NCBI GenBank assembly: GCA_002189035.1
Contig: NEEC01000023.1
Coordinates: 248,001 to 312,000, forward strand
Origin: Utricularia gibba
Lineage: Eukaryota > Plantae > Magnoliophyta
Length of the DNA: 64,000 nt
Reading direction: 5' to 3'
Below are positions 49,201 through 59,800 of this stretch, piece after piece (positions within the stretch are counted from its first letter, which is position 1; each line of letters starts with the position of its first letter). The position numbers and the translations under genes were made by a program. Below the pieces are notes generated by a model. It was not told the origin of the DNA, made no database searches, and saw nothing but the letters and a program-made list of their open reading frames with translations.

Positions 49201-51602
49201 TGATTTCCTGCTCTCTGAGCTCTACTCTAATCTGGAACAATTATCAGCAGTGTTGCTAGAGTCATATTCTATTGCTATCACTGCCAAAGATGAACTTAAG
49301 GAAGAACATGAATCTCTGTTGGAGGAATACAAGAAACTAAGGGATGACATTCTTCAGTGCCTCTATGAACAAGCAAAGAAGTTGGCCAAAGCAAAACAAC
49401 AGGTTTTATGATAGTTTTTTTGTTGGGTAGGGCCAGGTTCAGCAGAAGCTTCTCATTCATCTGCTGTAGCCTTTTCAAAGATTTGGAAATAGTTAATTGA
49501 TGAATTTTTTTCGCTGAAGTTATTACATTGATTTCTATTTAGAAAAACCTGATTTTATAATTAGTTGGGCAGCATGCATTAGTTCAAAGAAATAGTTAAC
49601 TTGACCGTCGATAGATGCTGATTCCATGATAAAAATGTGAAGCATTGCAATGTCTTGAATGTGCATTCTGGTGGATATCTATTTTAAAGGCGTAAAGCAT
49701 TGCTTAAGATGATGACCGTTAAGATGTATTTCAGCATATCGAGTGGTTTGCGAGGAGTATTGCTATTTGTAGTAATATGCAACTTGTTGCATGATAGCAT
49801 ATGTTGAATTTGCCTCTTTGTTTCATATTTCTTCGAATGTGTTTTCCTAATGGAAGATTTTCTTGGACTTTGACTTTGCAGATAAAGCTGGATGATATGC
49901 ATATTTTGATGATTTTCTCTTGTTTTCCAGGAATCAACTGAAGAAAACCAGGACATTCTGATGACGCTTTTCTCAAATATATTATCTGTTGCAAACAAGC
50001 ATGAAGCCTATCAAACCATGTGGAGCATATGCAACGATCTTAATGATTCTGAGCTTCTTCATAGCTTGATGGTATGAATTTACATTACATGTTTTGTAAC
50101 TGAATGAGCAGAATCAATGGATTGGTGAATGGTGCTAGATTTTACCTTTTTCATCAAAAAACAGTTTCTGCAGTTATGCAATGCTAGCTTTTTGTTAAAC
50201 TTTAAATTCTAGAAAACTCTCTTCTGGTGTTCGGCACACTTCCTTTCCATAAATTGCAGAAAAGTTGTCATCTTATCATCTGTAGCTAATAATAATGAGA
50301 TGTTCTCTTTGTGTAGCTTGGAAGTACGGGGCCAAAAGATGGCTTTTGTTGCTTTGTATTCGAGCAACTATATGCATCCAAACAATACTCTAAGCTCATG
50401 AGACCGGGGGAAGATTTTCACAATGAACTCACGTCATTCCTAAAGCTGCATCCAGATCTTCTTTGGCATCATGAAATCTTTCTCCATCAATTTTCTTCAG
50501 CCTCTGAAACTTTGCATGCAGTATCTCTGTCGAAGGGTGACACATCACCAGCATCTGCCGAGGAGGTTGAGTCCACTGGCAGGGGAGGTGTTTGAATTTG
50601 AGACAGAGAAGACATCTTCTGAATCTTGCAAAGATAGCAGCGTTTGCAGGTAAATATTCCATCTAGACCGAGCAGCAGCCATTTAATGTTAATGAAAGGA
50701 AGTTGTAATAATGATATGTAGGAATTCTGTGAAGTTCTGGTTTTTGCACCAAAGCTTGTCAAAACACATAGTACTGTGCTCTCCTTCGTTTTCATTCCCC
50801 ATGTTATGGTGCTGATCCGAGTAAGTGTTTCAGGGAGAGATGTTGAATGGGAACATAAAGCTAAGCGCATTGAAGCAGATCTCAACATTTTGCTATTACA
50901 GGTACGAAAATTTCTAAATTTCTCTCATCCTTCTCGATAGATTTTTCCAGTTTTGAGGGGGGTTTGCAGCTGGAATGATCACCTTCTTTCTTGCTTCGGA
51001 TGGTTTCTAGAGAAGGGCTCTCTTGAAAGCTAGAACTGAGACATGTTTCAAACTCTAAACAACCTTCTGTTCTTCTGTTCATCCAGGAAGAGATTTTGAG
51101 ATATATGCCTGATGAAGAAAAGCTGAAGGTTGGACAGAATCTTCTTTCCCCAGTGGAGCTAATTGAATCCTGCCTGGAGTCCCGAAATCGGCAACTCTCA
51201 TTGCGAGCATTCGATGTTTTCTCATGCACTAGCCTGTCCTTCCTCCAAAGCAACTTCTCTCTATTGGAAGACTGTTGGATGAATGCTGCGGATCAAGACG
51301 ACTGGCCCAAGCTGATGTCCTTAATCGAGGAAGGTCACATTGAAGGTTCCATGGATCTCAAAATGCTCAAAGACACCGTGATCTACCAAGCTTCCAGCAG
51401 ATGCTACGGCCCCGAGTCGGAATCATCCTATGCTCGATTCCATGAAGTGATCCCCTTGACGCCGGCCATCAACAGAAGCATAAAAACGGACGACGATGAC
51501 GCGACGCAGTCGCTGGAGGCCGTCCTGATGAAGCACAGAGACTATCACTCCGCAGGCAAGCTGATGCGCACGGCAGCTCATCTGGGGCTCAGCATGGAGT
51601 GA
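46212..51602 (+). CDS. NUP133: Nuclear pore complex protein NUP133 (two apparent 1-bp frameshifts)
   Basis: MFAPPAKK..RPATGTPAHWASRLS, large beta-propeller exon, SKSIVDTLAKHWT..GPEI..QLVEKQ-like helix, EHGEKIAG, AFDVF..LLEDCWMNAADQDDW. The frame breaks at 46551-46555 and 50582-50585. Confidence 0.9.
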
Positions 51603-52967
51603 ACTCCATGGATGAAGATGAGCAGCTTCTCTGATCCAGCTATTCAAAGGCTTCCCTGGCGGGAAAATGCAACCCTGATTTCACAGCTTTGATGCTGCAA
51701 TAGAACAGTAAAAAAAGCTTCAAAATTGAACAGAAATTGACAATTGTTTAGATGCTTTAGGGTTGATTTCCAGAATATTTTATTCGGTAATGAGTATTTA
51801 ATAATAAGTTTTTAATTAAAAATAAATTTAATTTGAAAATAATAGGAAAATATGTTAGATTTTTAAATAAAGAACAAAAAATGAAATGAAAGATAAAAGG
51901 ATTTTTGTGAAATGCCAAAAAAAGACGCATCTAGCAATGTAATTAATTAATTAATTAATTATAATAAATGGGTAAATAATTATTGTAAATAAAAAGGTTA
52001 GTAGATGATGCTCCTGATCATAAATAAAAGATGAATAATGTTTCGTATTTCACTTTTTTATTTTGTTTTTCACTCTGCTGTTGCTTGTCCTGTTGATTCT
52101 TCTTCGATTTTTTCGCCGGCCGGAATATTCTGCTGCCGTGGTCGGGTGGTCTTTGCTTCTTGATTGATTTTCATTTCTCTGGGGGAAGAGAGTTGCAGCG
52201 AACAAAGACGGCATGGAAACGACGAGTCTGCTGCTTTGTTTTAGCTTGTTCGAGCGCAACCCGATTTAGCATTTAGGGTTTTTTTCAGCTGGTTAGAGAG
52301 GACCTGGAATTTGAGTGTTTCTCTCCAAGTGGTTGAATTTCTCAAGGGTTTTTTTGTTCTTGTTTTCTCTCCAATTCATTTCGGATTTAGCATTAAAGGG
52401 TTTGATCAGATCTGTTGCGGATTTTTGAAGATCGGAAACTTGATGTTGCACTGAGTCGTTAATCTTGCTAAGGTTATTCCTTGTACCCTTCCCCTAATAG
52501 TTTGCTGAGTATCGAGCTCATATTGAGTGATGAAATTCCTTTTTAGAAAATAAAAGAAACTCGGGTGACCTTTTGATCAGATCTTTGACTGTTACTATTA
52601 CAATGATGAAATTTGGACGATCTGTCAGTTGAAGACCTTCCATGGATGCTTTTTGAGATTTGTTTGACTTGGTTTGAATTCCGTTGGAAGAGTACTGGAA
52701 TGTTATCGAAGTGTATTTTTTTCCTGCGGATCTTCTGCTTCATTCATTTTTCATGGCTAGCAGTATTGGCATACATATCCTGTGATGAAAATAATGATCG
52801 ATTTGTACGATTATTTTCGTTTCTAATGAAACATTTATTTTGTAGATCTTTTGCAGGCAGCTGGCAAGTCGCATGTTTTGCCGCTATTAGTTCAATCTTC
52901 GTCACATGTGCTTCTGACTTTATAGGGTAGATCAGTCTCTGAGGTTGACCTAAATCTGAGGCTTGAG

Positions 52968-54986
52968 ATGGATTCCCGGAGAGATGAAGCCGTTAGAGCT
53001 AAAACACATGCTGAGAAGCATTTTGTCGAAAAAAACTTTCAGGGAGCCAAAAAATATGCTCTCAAGGCCCAAAAGTTGTACCCTGAACTGGAGGGTATAT
53101 CTCAAATGGTGGCAACATTTGGTGTGTATGCAGCTTCAGAGGTGAAATTCAATGGTGAGCTGGATTTCTATTCTATTCTCGGGGTGGATCCATTTGTAGA
53201 CGAGTCCAAGTTAAAAAAGCAATCTAAGAAGCTTGCGCTTCTGCTGCACCCTGATAAGAACAGAACAGTCGGAGCTGATGGGGCATTCAAACTCGTTTCT
53301 GAAGCGTGGAGTCTTTTATCTGACAGTTCAAAACGAAGCGCATATGATCAACGGAGAAACTGGTATTTGGGGAATGCTGCTGGGGCTGGTGGTTATGAAG
53401 AGGGCTACAAGGTTCCATCTTCTCATGCAAGGCTTCATACTTTCTGGACCGTCTGTACTTCTTGCCATGTTCAGTATGAATATCTTAGGAAATATGTAAA
53501 CAAGCGACTTTCTTGTAAGAATTGCCGGGGAGTCTTCGTTGCTGTTGAGACTGGGATGTCCCCATATACCAACTACTCTCATGTTGCGGAAAATGGATTC
53601 GGAAGTCATGGCTATGGAAGTTATATCCGCCCAACAGCTGGATATCATGCATCAAATGGATCTTCTGCACATCACAATGGAAATAGATCTGATTATGTCT
53701 CAAACATATCATTCCAGCATAACTTATCTGGAAACTCTCATGGTGTTCTAGAGCCCAGTGGATTATCTGTATCTTCGTTCACATCTCATCCATCCAGCGG
53801 AGATGAGAACAACAGAAATGTGAATGGATTTTACCAAGCTCCAAAGGCTAAAGATAATGTCACCTGTAATGGTTGTGATGGTATTAATGAATCATCAAAA
53901 CCCAGGCGTGGTAGGGCTTCCAAGAAAAGACGAGTAGAGTTTGCATCATCCTCAAGTGTTCATGGAGAAGAAGAAACAGGCCTCAAAACTGCTTCTGAAC
54001 CAAAAGCTGTGAAGCTTCCCTCATCATCTGATACTCCAACAAGGCGTTGGGTTGCTACTGCTCCAGCAATCGATGGCCGCCAGTTGTTAATTGAAAAGGC
54101 AAGATCTGAAATCTGTAGAAAGATTGAAGAGTTTAAGTTGGCTTCGGAAGCAGCAGCAGCAGAGGTTCTGAAGAGAAATTTATCAAATGATAAACAAACA
54201 GAACTGAAAAGAAGTGCTTCTATGGCAATAAGTGTTCCAGACTCTGACTTCCATGATTTTGATGAAGGCAGAACTGAAGAATGCTTCAAAGCCAGACAGG
54301 TATGGGCACTATACGACGAAGAAGATGGAATGCCTCGTTTGTATTGCCAAATTCGTGAAATCATTTCCCTGAATCCATTTAAGATACATATCAGCTACTT
54401 GGCCTCCAAATCTGATACTGAATTTGGATCAGTTAGTTGGATTGACTCCGGTTTTACAAAATCTTGTGGAAGCTTCAGGGCGTTTCACTCTGAAACCGTG
54501 GATCAAGTCAACATATTCTCTCACCTTCTAACTCAGACAAAAGTCGGTAGGGGAGGTTGTGTGAGAATCTACCCAAGAAGTGGAGAAGTTTGGGCTATAT
54601 ACCGGAATTGGTCCCTAGATTGGGACATCAGCACTCCACAGGAAATCAGGCATCAGTATGAAATGGTTGAAGTGCTTGATGACTATTCAGAAGACATTGG
54701 TGTTTGGATTGCCCCTCTAGTAAAACTAGAAGGATACAAGACAGTATACCAAAGAGCTAATGGTAGAGAATCTGTGCGTTGCATTCCTAGACAAGAAATG
54801 CTCCGATTTTCGCATCAAGTTCCAGCATGCTCACTCAAAGTTGACGGAACAAATTTGCCTGAAGGCTGCTGGGATCTTGATCCAGCAGCAACTCCAGATG
54901 AACTTCTTCAACGGGAAACTGATCCTCAGTGTAGCAGTATAGACCCTGGCCAGACTCAAGCTGATAGAACCCTGGAGCCTAGTTGA
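52968..54986 (+). CDS. DnaJ domain + Zn ribbon + DUF3444 protein, single exon, 672 aa
   Basis: J domain with HPDKN, TFWTVCTSCHVQYEY..CKNC, and DUF3444 (DSDFHDFD..WALYDEEDGMPRLY..IYPRSGEVWAIYRNW..WDLDPAA). Confidence 0.92.
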   Translation: MDSRRDEAVRAKTHAEKHFVEKNFQGAKKYALKAQKLYPELEGISQMVATFGVYAASEVKFNGELDFYSILGVDPFVDESKLKKQSKKLALLLHPDKNRTVGADGAFKLVSEAWSLLSDSSKRSAYDQRRNWYLGNAAGAGGYEEGYKVPSSHARLHTFWTVCTSCHVQYEYLRKYVNKRLSCKNCRGVFVAVETGMSPYTNYSHVAENGFGSHGYGSYIRPTAGYHASNGSSAHHNGNRSDYVSNISFQHNLSGNSHGVLEPSGLSVSSFTSHPSSGDENNRNVNGFYQAPKAKDNVTCNGCDGINESSKPRRGRASKKRRVEFASSSSVHGEEETGLKTASEPKAVKLPSSSDTPTRRWVATAPAIDGRQLLIEKARSEICRKIEEFKLASEAAAAEVLKRNLSNDKQTELKRSASMAISVPDSDFHDFDEGRTEECFKARQVWALYDEEDGMPRLYCQIREIISLNPFKIHISYLASKSDTEFGSVSWIDSGFTKSCGSFRAFHSETVDQVNIFSHLLTQTKVGRGGCVRIYPRSGEVWAIYRNWSLDWDISTPQEIRHQYEMVEVLDDYSEDIGVWIAPLVKLEGYKTVYQRANGRESVRCIPRQEMLRFSHQVPACSLKVDGTNLPEGCWDLDPAATPDELLQRETDPQCSSIDPGQTQADRTLEPS

Positions 54987-55415
54987 AATTCAGGATCCAT
55001 AAACACACGATTATTTTCAGGGTGGTTCAAAACCAGAGATGTCAACACTTTCATAGTGCAAGCAGAACACTCATTTGCGACTCTCTCAGGGAACACCTTG
55101 ATAGAAGCTGCTGGAGTGATGAGGAACCAAAAGCACTGAGCAATAAGCTTGATGCACATTCCTCAAGGAATGCCAGGGATGGAAGTCTGAAGTTCAAAAA
55201 CCACCATTCAGATCAGAAGGATGCACTACTGTGGAGAGCCTACAACTTTTCAGGATGAGCACCTGTAAATCCCTCTTGTATTAATTAAATCTCCTAACAA
55301 TTCATCAGAGCACTCTTTCTTGATCTGCGAGATGTGCCTGCCTGCCCTCCCTACACAATGACGGTGCAGAACTTGCATTTCAGCTCAAGTGAAGGAAAAT
55401 GAAGAGAAAAAAGAA

Positions 55416-55418
55416 AAA

Positions 55419-55480
<62 letters not shown>
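55416..55480. repeat. Compound (AAAT)n(TA)n microsatellite
   Basis: AAAT units from about 55416 to 55450, followed by (TA)15 at 55451-55480. Confidence 0.92.
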
Positions 55481-55486
<6 letters not shown>

Positions 55487-55786
55487 GGCCGAAATACTCT
55501 GTTAGAGGCCGAAATATTTTTGGGCTTCTGTAGATGGGCTCGATGCCCTTGTAATTGGACTTTTACCCGACACTTTCCGAAAGGCGTTTGTTTTCTTTTT
55601 GGGCCTTTTTAGGAGTAGAGAAATTCCGTGAATCAGCAGCCAAGTGGGCTACCTGTCAGCAAATTCGTAGCAACTGACGATGATTTTTTGTAGTTGCTTA
55701 TCATCTTTGCATCAACTGTGACTGTCGTTGGTCGTGCTGTGCGTTCAACTTCAATTTCTCTTTGCATTGTCTCCTCTTCTGTAGGG

Positions 55787-58700
55787 ATGCGCTACGGGGC
55801 TCTGTTTTTCATCTTTACCTTGATTATTTTGAGTAAGCAATGATTCCGTTTGATGTGTTGTTTTTGCACCTTGGTTCTAACCTGTGATGGGTTTTCTGCA
55901 GTCTCTGCCGAGTTTGCATTTTGCCAACAAGGGTTTTGCTCCTCGACATCAATCTTGAATGAACAACCACTTTATTGGAAAGCCACACATCCTACTCTTG
56001 CGCCATCTCATCTTGAAGGTTGTTTAGCAGTTAGATATGTAGATTGATGCCTCGGATTCGCATTTTCATGTGCTTATTTAAAACCACACGACAACCCAAA
56101 ATCCAAAAACAAAGTGATTGTTTCTAATTCTATGATTTTTTTTACTCTTTTTTTTAGCGAGTTAGTTGAGTAAGCAGAAGTGACAATTGAAAAAAAAAGT
56201 GTGGCTCGTTTTAAGTTTTTTTGTTTTAAATAGCAGGGACTCGTTGTAAGTATTTCTGTATTCCTGTTGTCTTACTTGTTTTTTTTTTTTAAGCAGACTT
56301 ACCTGGTTTCACTCGTAGCGTTTACAAGGTAGACCATGCTCTAATAACTCCTGAAAGTCATGTCTTCAGCCCTTTGCCCAATTGGTATGCCCATTTAAAT
56401 TTTTTTTTCAAATCATGGTATTCTATTTTTTACTTATCGCCATGTTTGTGGTTTTGTCAGGAACAACACACTGGGTGCTTATCTAATCACACCATCAATG
56501 GGATCTCATTTTGTTATGTACTTAGTCAAGATGCAAGGTGTGATTTCGAAATTGCCGTGCTTTTAGGTTAATCTAAGATCTGACGTGTATAACACCACAT
56601 AGACTTTGGCTTTGATCCATCTTCCCTCCCTAAAATGTTTTTTCTGCATCACCGATGAAAAAATTAGATTTCCTAAGGATGGAATATGCCATCACATTTT
56701 CATCATTTTTTATTAAGTTCTTGAAGTATTCTATGTAGCTAATCTTAAGTTTAATGCTTCATCATTGTTTCAGAAACTTCCGAATCAGGACTACCACCAG
56801 TTGATGTTGAGAGGTCCATGAGTTTTACCACTACTACTGCCACTAGTATCTGTAATAACAACTTCAACCAAATTGATCTCTTAGGAAGACTCTGAGAGGA
56901 CATCCGAACTTGTTTTGTGTGCTTAAATTTTATCATTTCTATTCTCATGCTACTTCCTATTTCATGGAGTTATCCAAGATGTGGCTCCTTTTTCCTGAAT
57001 CTGTGGTATATGGTTTCAAACATGGGAGTCTGAATTTTATGAAATGATAAGTAGCTATAATCACTTAAAGAATGATACCCTTTTTTTCCAAACCGCCAGG
57101 TTTATGTTTATGCTTCAGGGTGTAGTAACACTTAGTGACATATCTGGAAACAAGCACAAGTTGGAGGTAAGGAAAAGATGCTTACATTGGTTTTGTTTTT
57201 TGCTTCACCTTTTCACATTTTCAGTGTTCTTTATCGCCCCTTTTCATATTTCACAAGCAATCTATTGTTGATTTGCTGTGTCGCTATATATTTAGCCAAT
57301 TTGACAGCTACCGACAACTCAAACAACTGAGTTAAATTTTTTGATGTTACCTAATTTTGTTTGGTATCAAAATATTGACTACGAAAAGCCAAATCTGAGA
57401 GCAAGATTACTGTCCAGTTTGAAGAATCATATGGCGTGTGCCTCTCTACTTCTTGCCTTAAATTTCATAAGGGCGATGACTACTCTGAATTTGATTAAGT
57501 TCAGGTGGATTCATATGCTTACATTCCTCCAAACTTGGAACACACCATGAAGTCCGATTTTTCTGCTATCTTTGTCGTGTTCGAGAAAAGGTTATAATTT
57601 CCTATTATGTCAAGGGCATAGCTATCATTTATTCTATACTATTCGTTGGGACATTTTCTAATTATCAACAAGAATCCGTCTCCAAGTTAACTTCACAACT
57701 AGTCCACAGGTTGAAGACTCAAGTTTTTGTGTTTCATTTGATCTCAGGTATGAACTGCTTGCAAGCCATCCCAAGGATCTGATTATTGACTCAACAAATA
57801 AGCAACCTCTCTTAGAAACTCCAGGGGAGGTGATTTTTATCACATTAATTTTTTCTATTGACATTGGATTCTCATTTTAGACGAAGGAAATGGCTGGCCC
57901 TTATCTATTTATTTCTTGCCTGGAAGGTTTTTGCGCTGAGAAAGCTTCTGCCGACTTCATTGGAGTTCGATTTTAACATTCATGTAAGGATGCTATACTC
58001 CTAAAGTGGAGACGCGTTTCTCATTTTAGCACTTCATATATGCAACTGTTCGCCTCTATGTTATTTGCCACTGTGGTGAAAATAGAGTATTGAAGAGATT
58101 TTTGCTTGGCAGGTCATGGATTTTCAACCTGGTGAATTCCTGAATGTAAAGGTACAGTTTTTCTAGCGCTTATTGAATTTTCATGTAATAAAGTTAGATG
58201 ATAATAAAAAAAAATGCAGTCTTCCAATATAGAACCACCATTTGTAGTAACCTCCTGTTAATCCAAGCATGAACCAGACTGATTTTCGACTATTGAAAAT
58301 TGAGTATAGGAAGTTCACTATAACCAGCATGGGCTGTTACTTTTGGAAGGGCGAGGCATCTACAGATTGGGTGATAGCTGGTAAGATTCGACATTTGTGA
58401 CTTGCATTCCAAAGGTGGTTCCAGGGACTGTACCTCTAGACTTGGTATGCGTTTTCTGCACAGGTATCCGGTCCAAGCAGGCGATGTAATCTGGATGGCG
58501 CCATTCGTTCCCCAATGGTGAGACTAGAAAAGGACCTATTTTTTCGTGCTGATAAAAAACCATCCACTGTTAAGTGTCTTACCACTGCAAGGCATCTTCA
58601 TGTTTTCAGGTATGCAGCACTTGGAAGCACAAAGACCCGCTATTTGCTGTACAAGGATGTAAACAGGAACCCCCTCACTGCACCAACTTCCCGGCCTTGA
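55787..58700 (+). CDS. UGLYAH: (S)-ureidoglycine aminohydrolase
   Basis: 13 in-frame exons: signal peptide, PLYWKATHPTL, LPGFTRSVYK.DHALITPESHV, QPLLETPGEVF.LRKLLP, MDFQPGEFLNVKEVHYNQHGLLLLEG.GIYRLG..WYPVQAGDVIWMAPFVPQWYAALG..RYLLYKDVNRNPL. Confidence 0.95.
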
Positions 58701-58857
58701 AGCTCTTGTGATTTTCCGATCATTCAAAGAACTCGCACCAGACCCACTGCATACTATATGTATTATCTGAATGCATTGGTAATGAGTTCGTTACCAGTTA
58801 ATAACATTGTTCATTGAGGGGTTACAGTAAGATGCTGCTCTGAACAATGGCTTCTCT

Positions 58858-59202
58858 CTGAAGAAGCGCATCAGGTGCTGCCTGCAGCTGGACCAAGATC
58901 CCAGCAACCTTCAGGCAAGTTTGAGCCTTCCAATTTGAGAGAGCCTCCCAGAACTTGATGCAAAAATGGGAGCATCAGGACACAGGCTCTCTGTTCCCTT
59001 TGGTCTCTGGTATACTGTCTAGTGAGCAATCCAGACACCACTCTTCTGTCCTATGGAGTTGTTCCCTCCCAGTCTGGAGACCAGTTGTGGTCTGTGGCCC
59101 AAACCTCTCCATTTCCTGGGTAGACTCAGACACAACCTCCCTCCTGCCAACTTTTGTCTGAATCTGAAGATGAGAGAAAATGCCCTGGAACTTACTGCAA
59201 GC
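58858..59202 (-). pseudogene. Inverted, degraded fragment of the DnaJ-DUF3444 gene 3' region (homologous to 54462-54910)
   Basis: The minus strand reads ..FSHLQIQTKVGR.. and MLPFLHQVLGGSLKLEGSNLPEGCWDLGPAA, versus FSHLLTQTKVGR and MLRFSHQVPACSLKVDGTNLPEGCWDLDPAA in the parent. It carries frameshifts, stops and internal deletions. Confidence 0.85.
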
Positions 59203-59800
59203 TGCTCTTTGTGAGTGAAATGCATTTTTTAAAAAATACTTTTTCAGAATTACAATCAAATCAGGTTTGCTTGATATAGTTTTTATTTATAAAAAAATAA
59301 TTATTGTATTTCATGGTACATATTGTATATAAATATTTAATTCATGGTATTAAATATTATTATTTACGTATTTAATATAAATAATATTTTATATTCTAGA
59401 AAAATTTGAGTCCGACCCGTGTGTCAAGCTTATCGCAATTGGGTGGGTCCGCGTTAAGGCCGGGTCACTGTAATAAAATATCCTGATGGTCTGCCAGCTT
59501 TTTTTTTATTAATTTAAATTTTTCTTCAAGGCGAAGTTCTTGCTATCAAAAACAAAAAAAAGGAAAAAAAAAAAGACCCGTCGATTTTTTTTTTTTTTTG
59601 GTGATATTTTCCTTCGGCTCCTCTCTTCCCTTCCTCTTCCTGTTGGTTTCCCCCACGTAGATTGAGAAATTGATTGCTTTTGCTTTCGTGGGTATTTTCA
59701 TGTTGCTGATGCTGGTCAGTGTTGAAGCTGTCGATTTCCGTACAGTTTTTTAAAGGATACGGTTCCGGCGCTCAGGGGTGGTGGAGAATTGCTCCCGAGG

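Noticed and set aside
54983-55258. ORF abutting the DnaJ stop as a possible frameshifted extension
   Set aside because: It starts at a non-ATG codon, has no recognisable homology, and the DUF3444 domain is already complete.
58678-58700. UGLYAH C-terminal extension TAPTSRP after RNPL
   Set aside because: A small tail variation judged against a remembered orthologue end. No evidence of functional significance.
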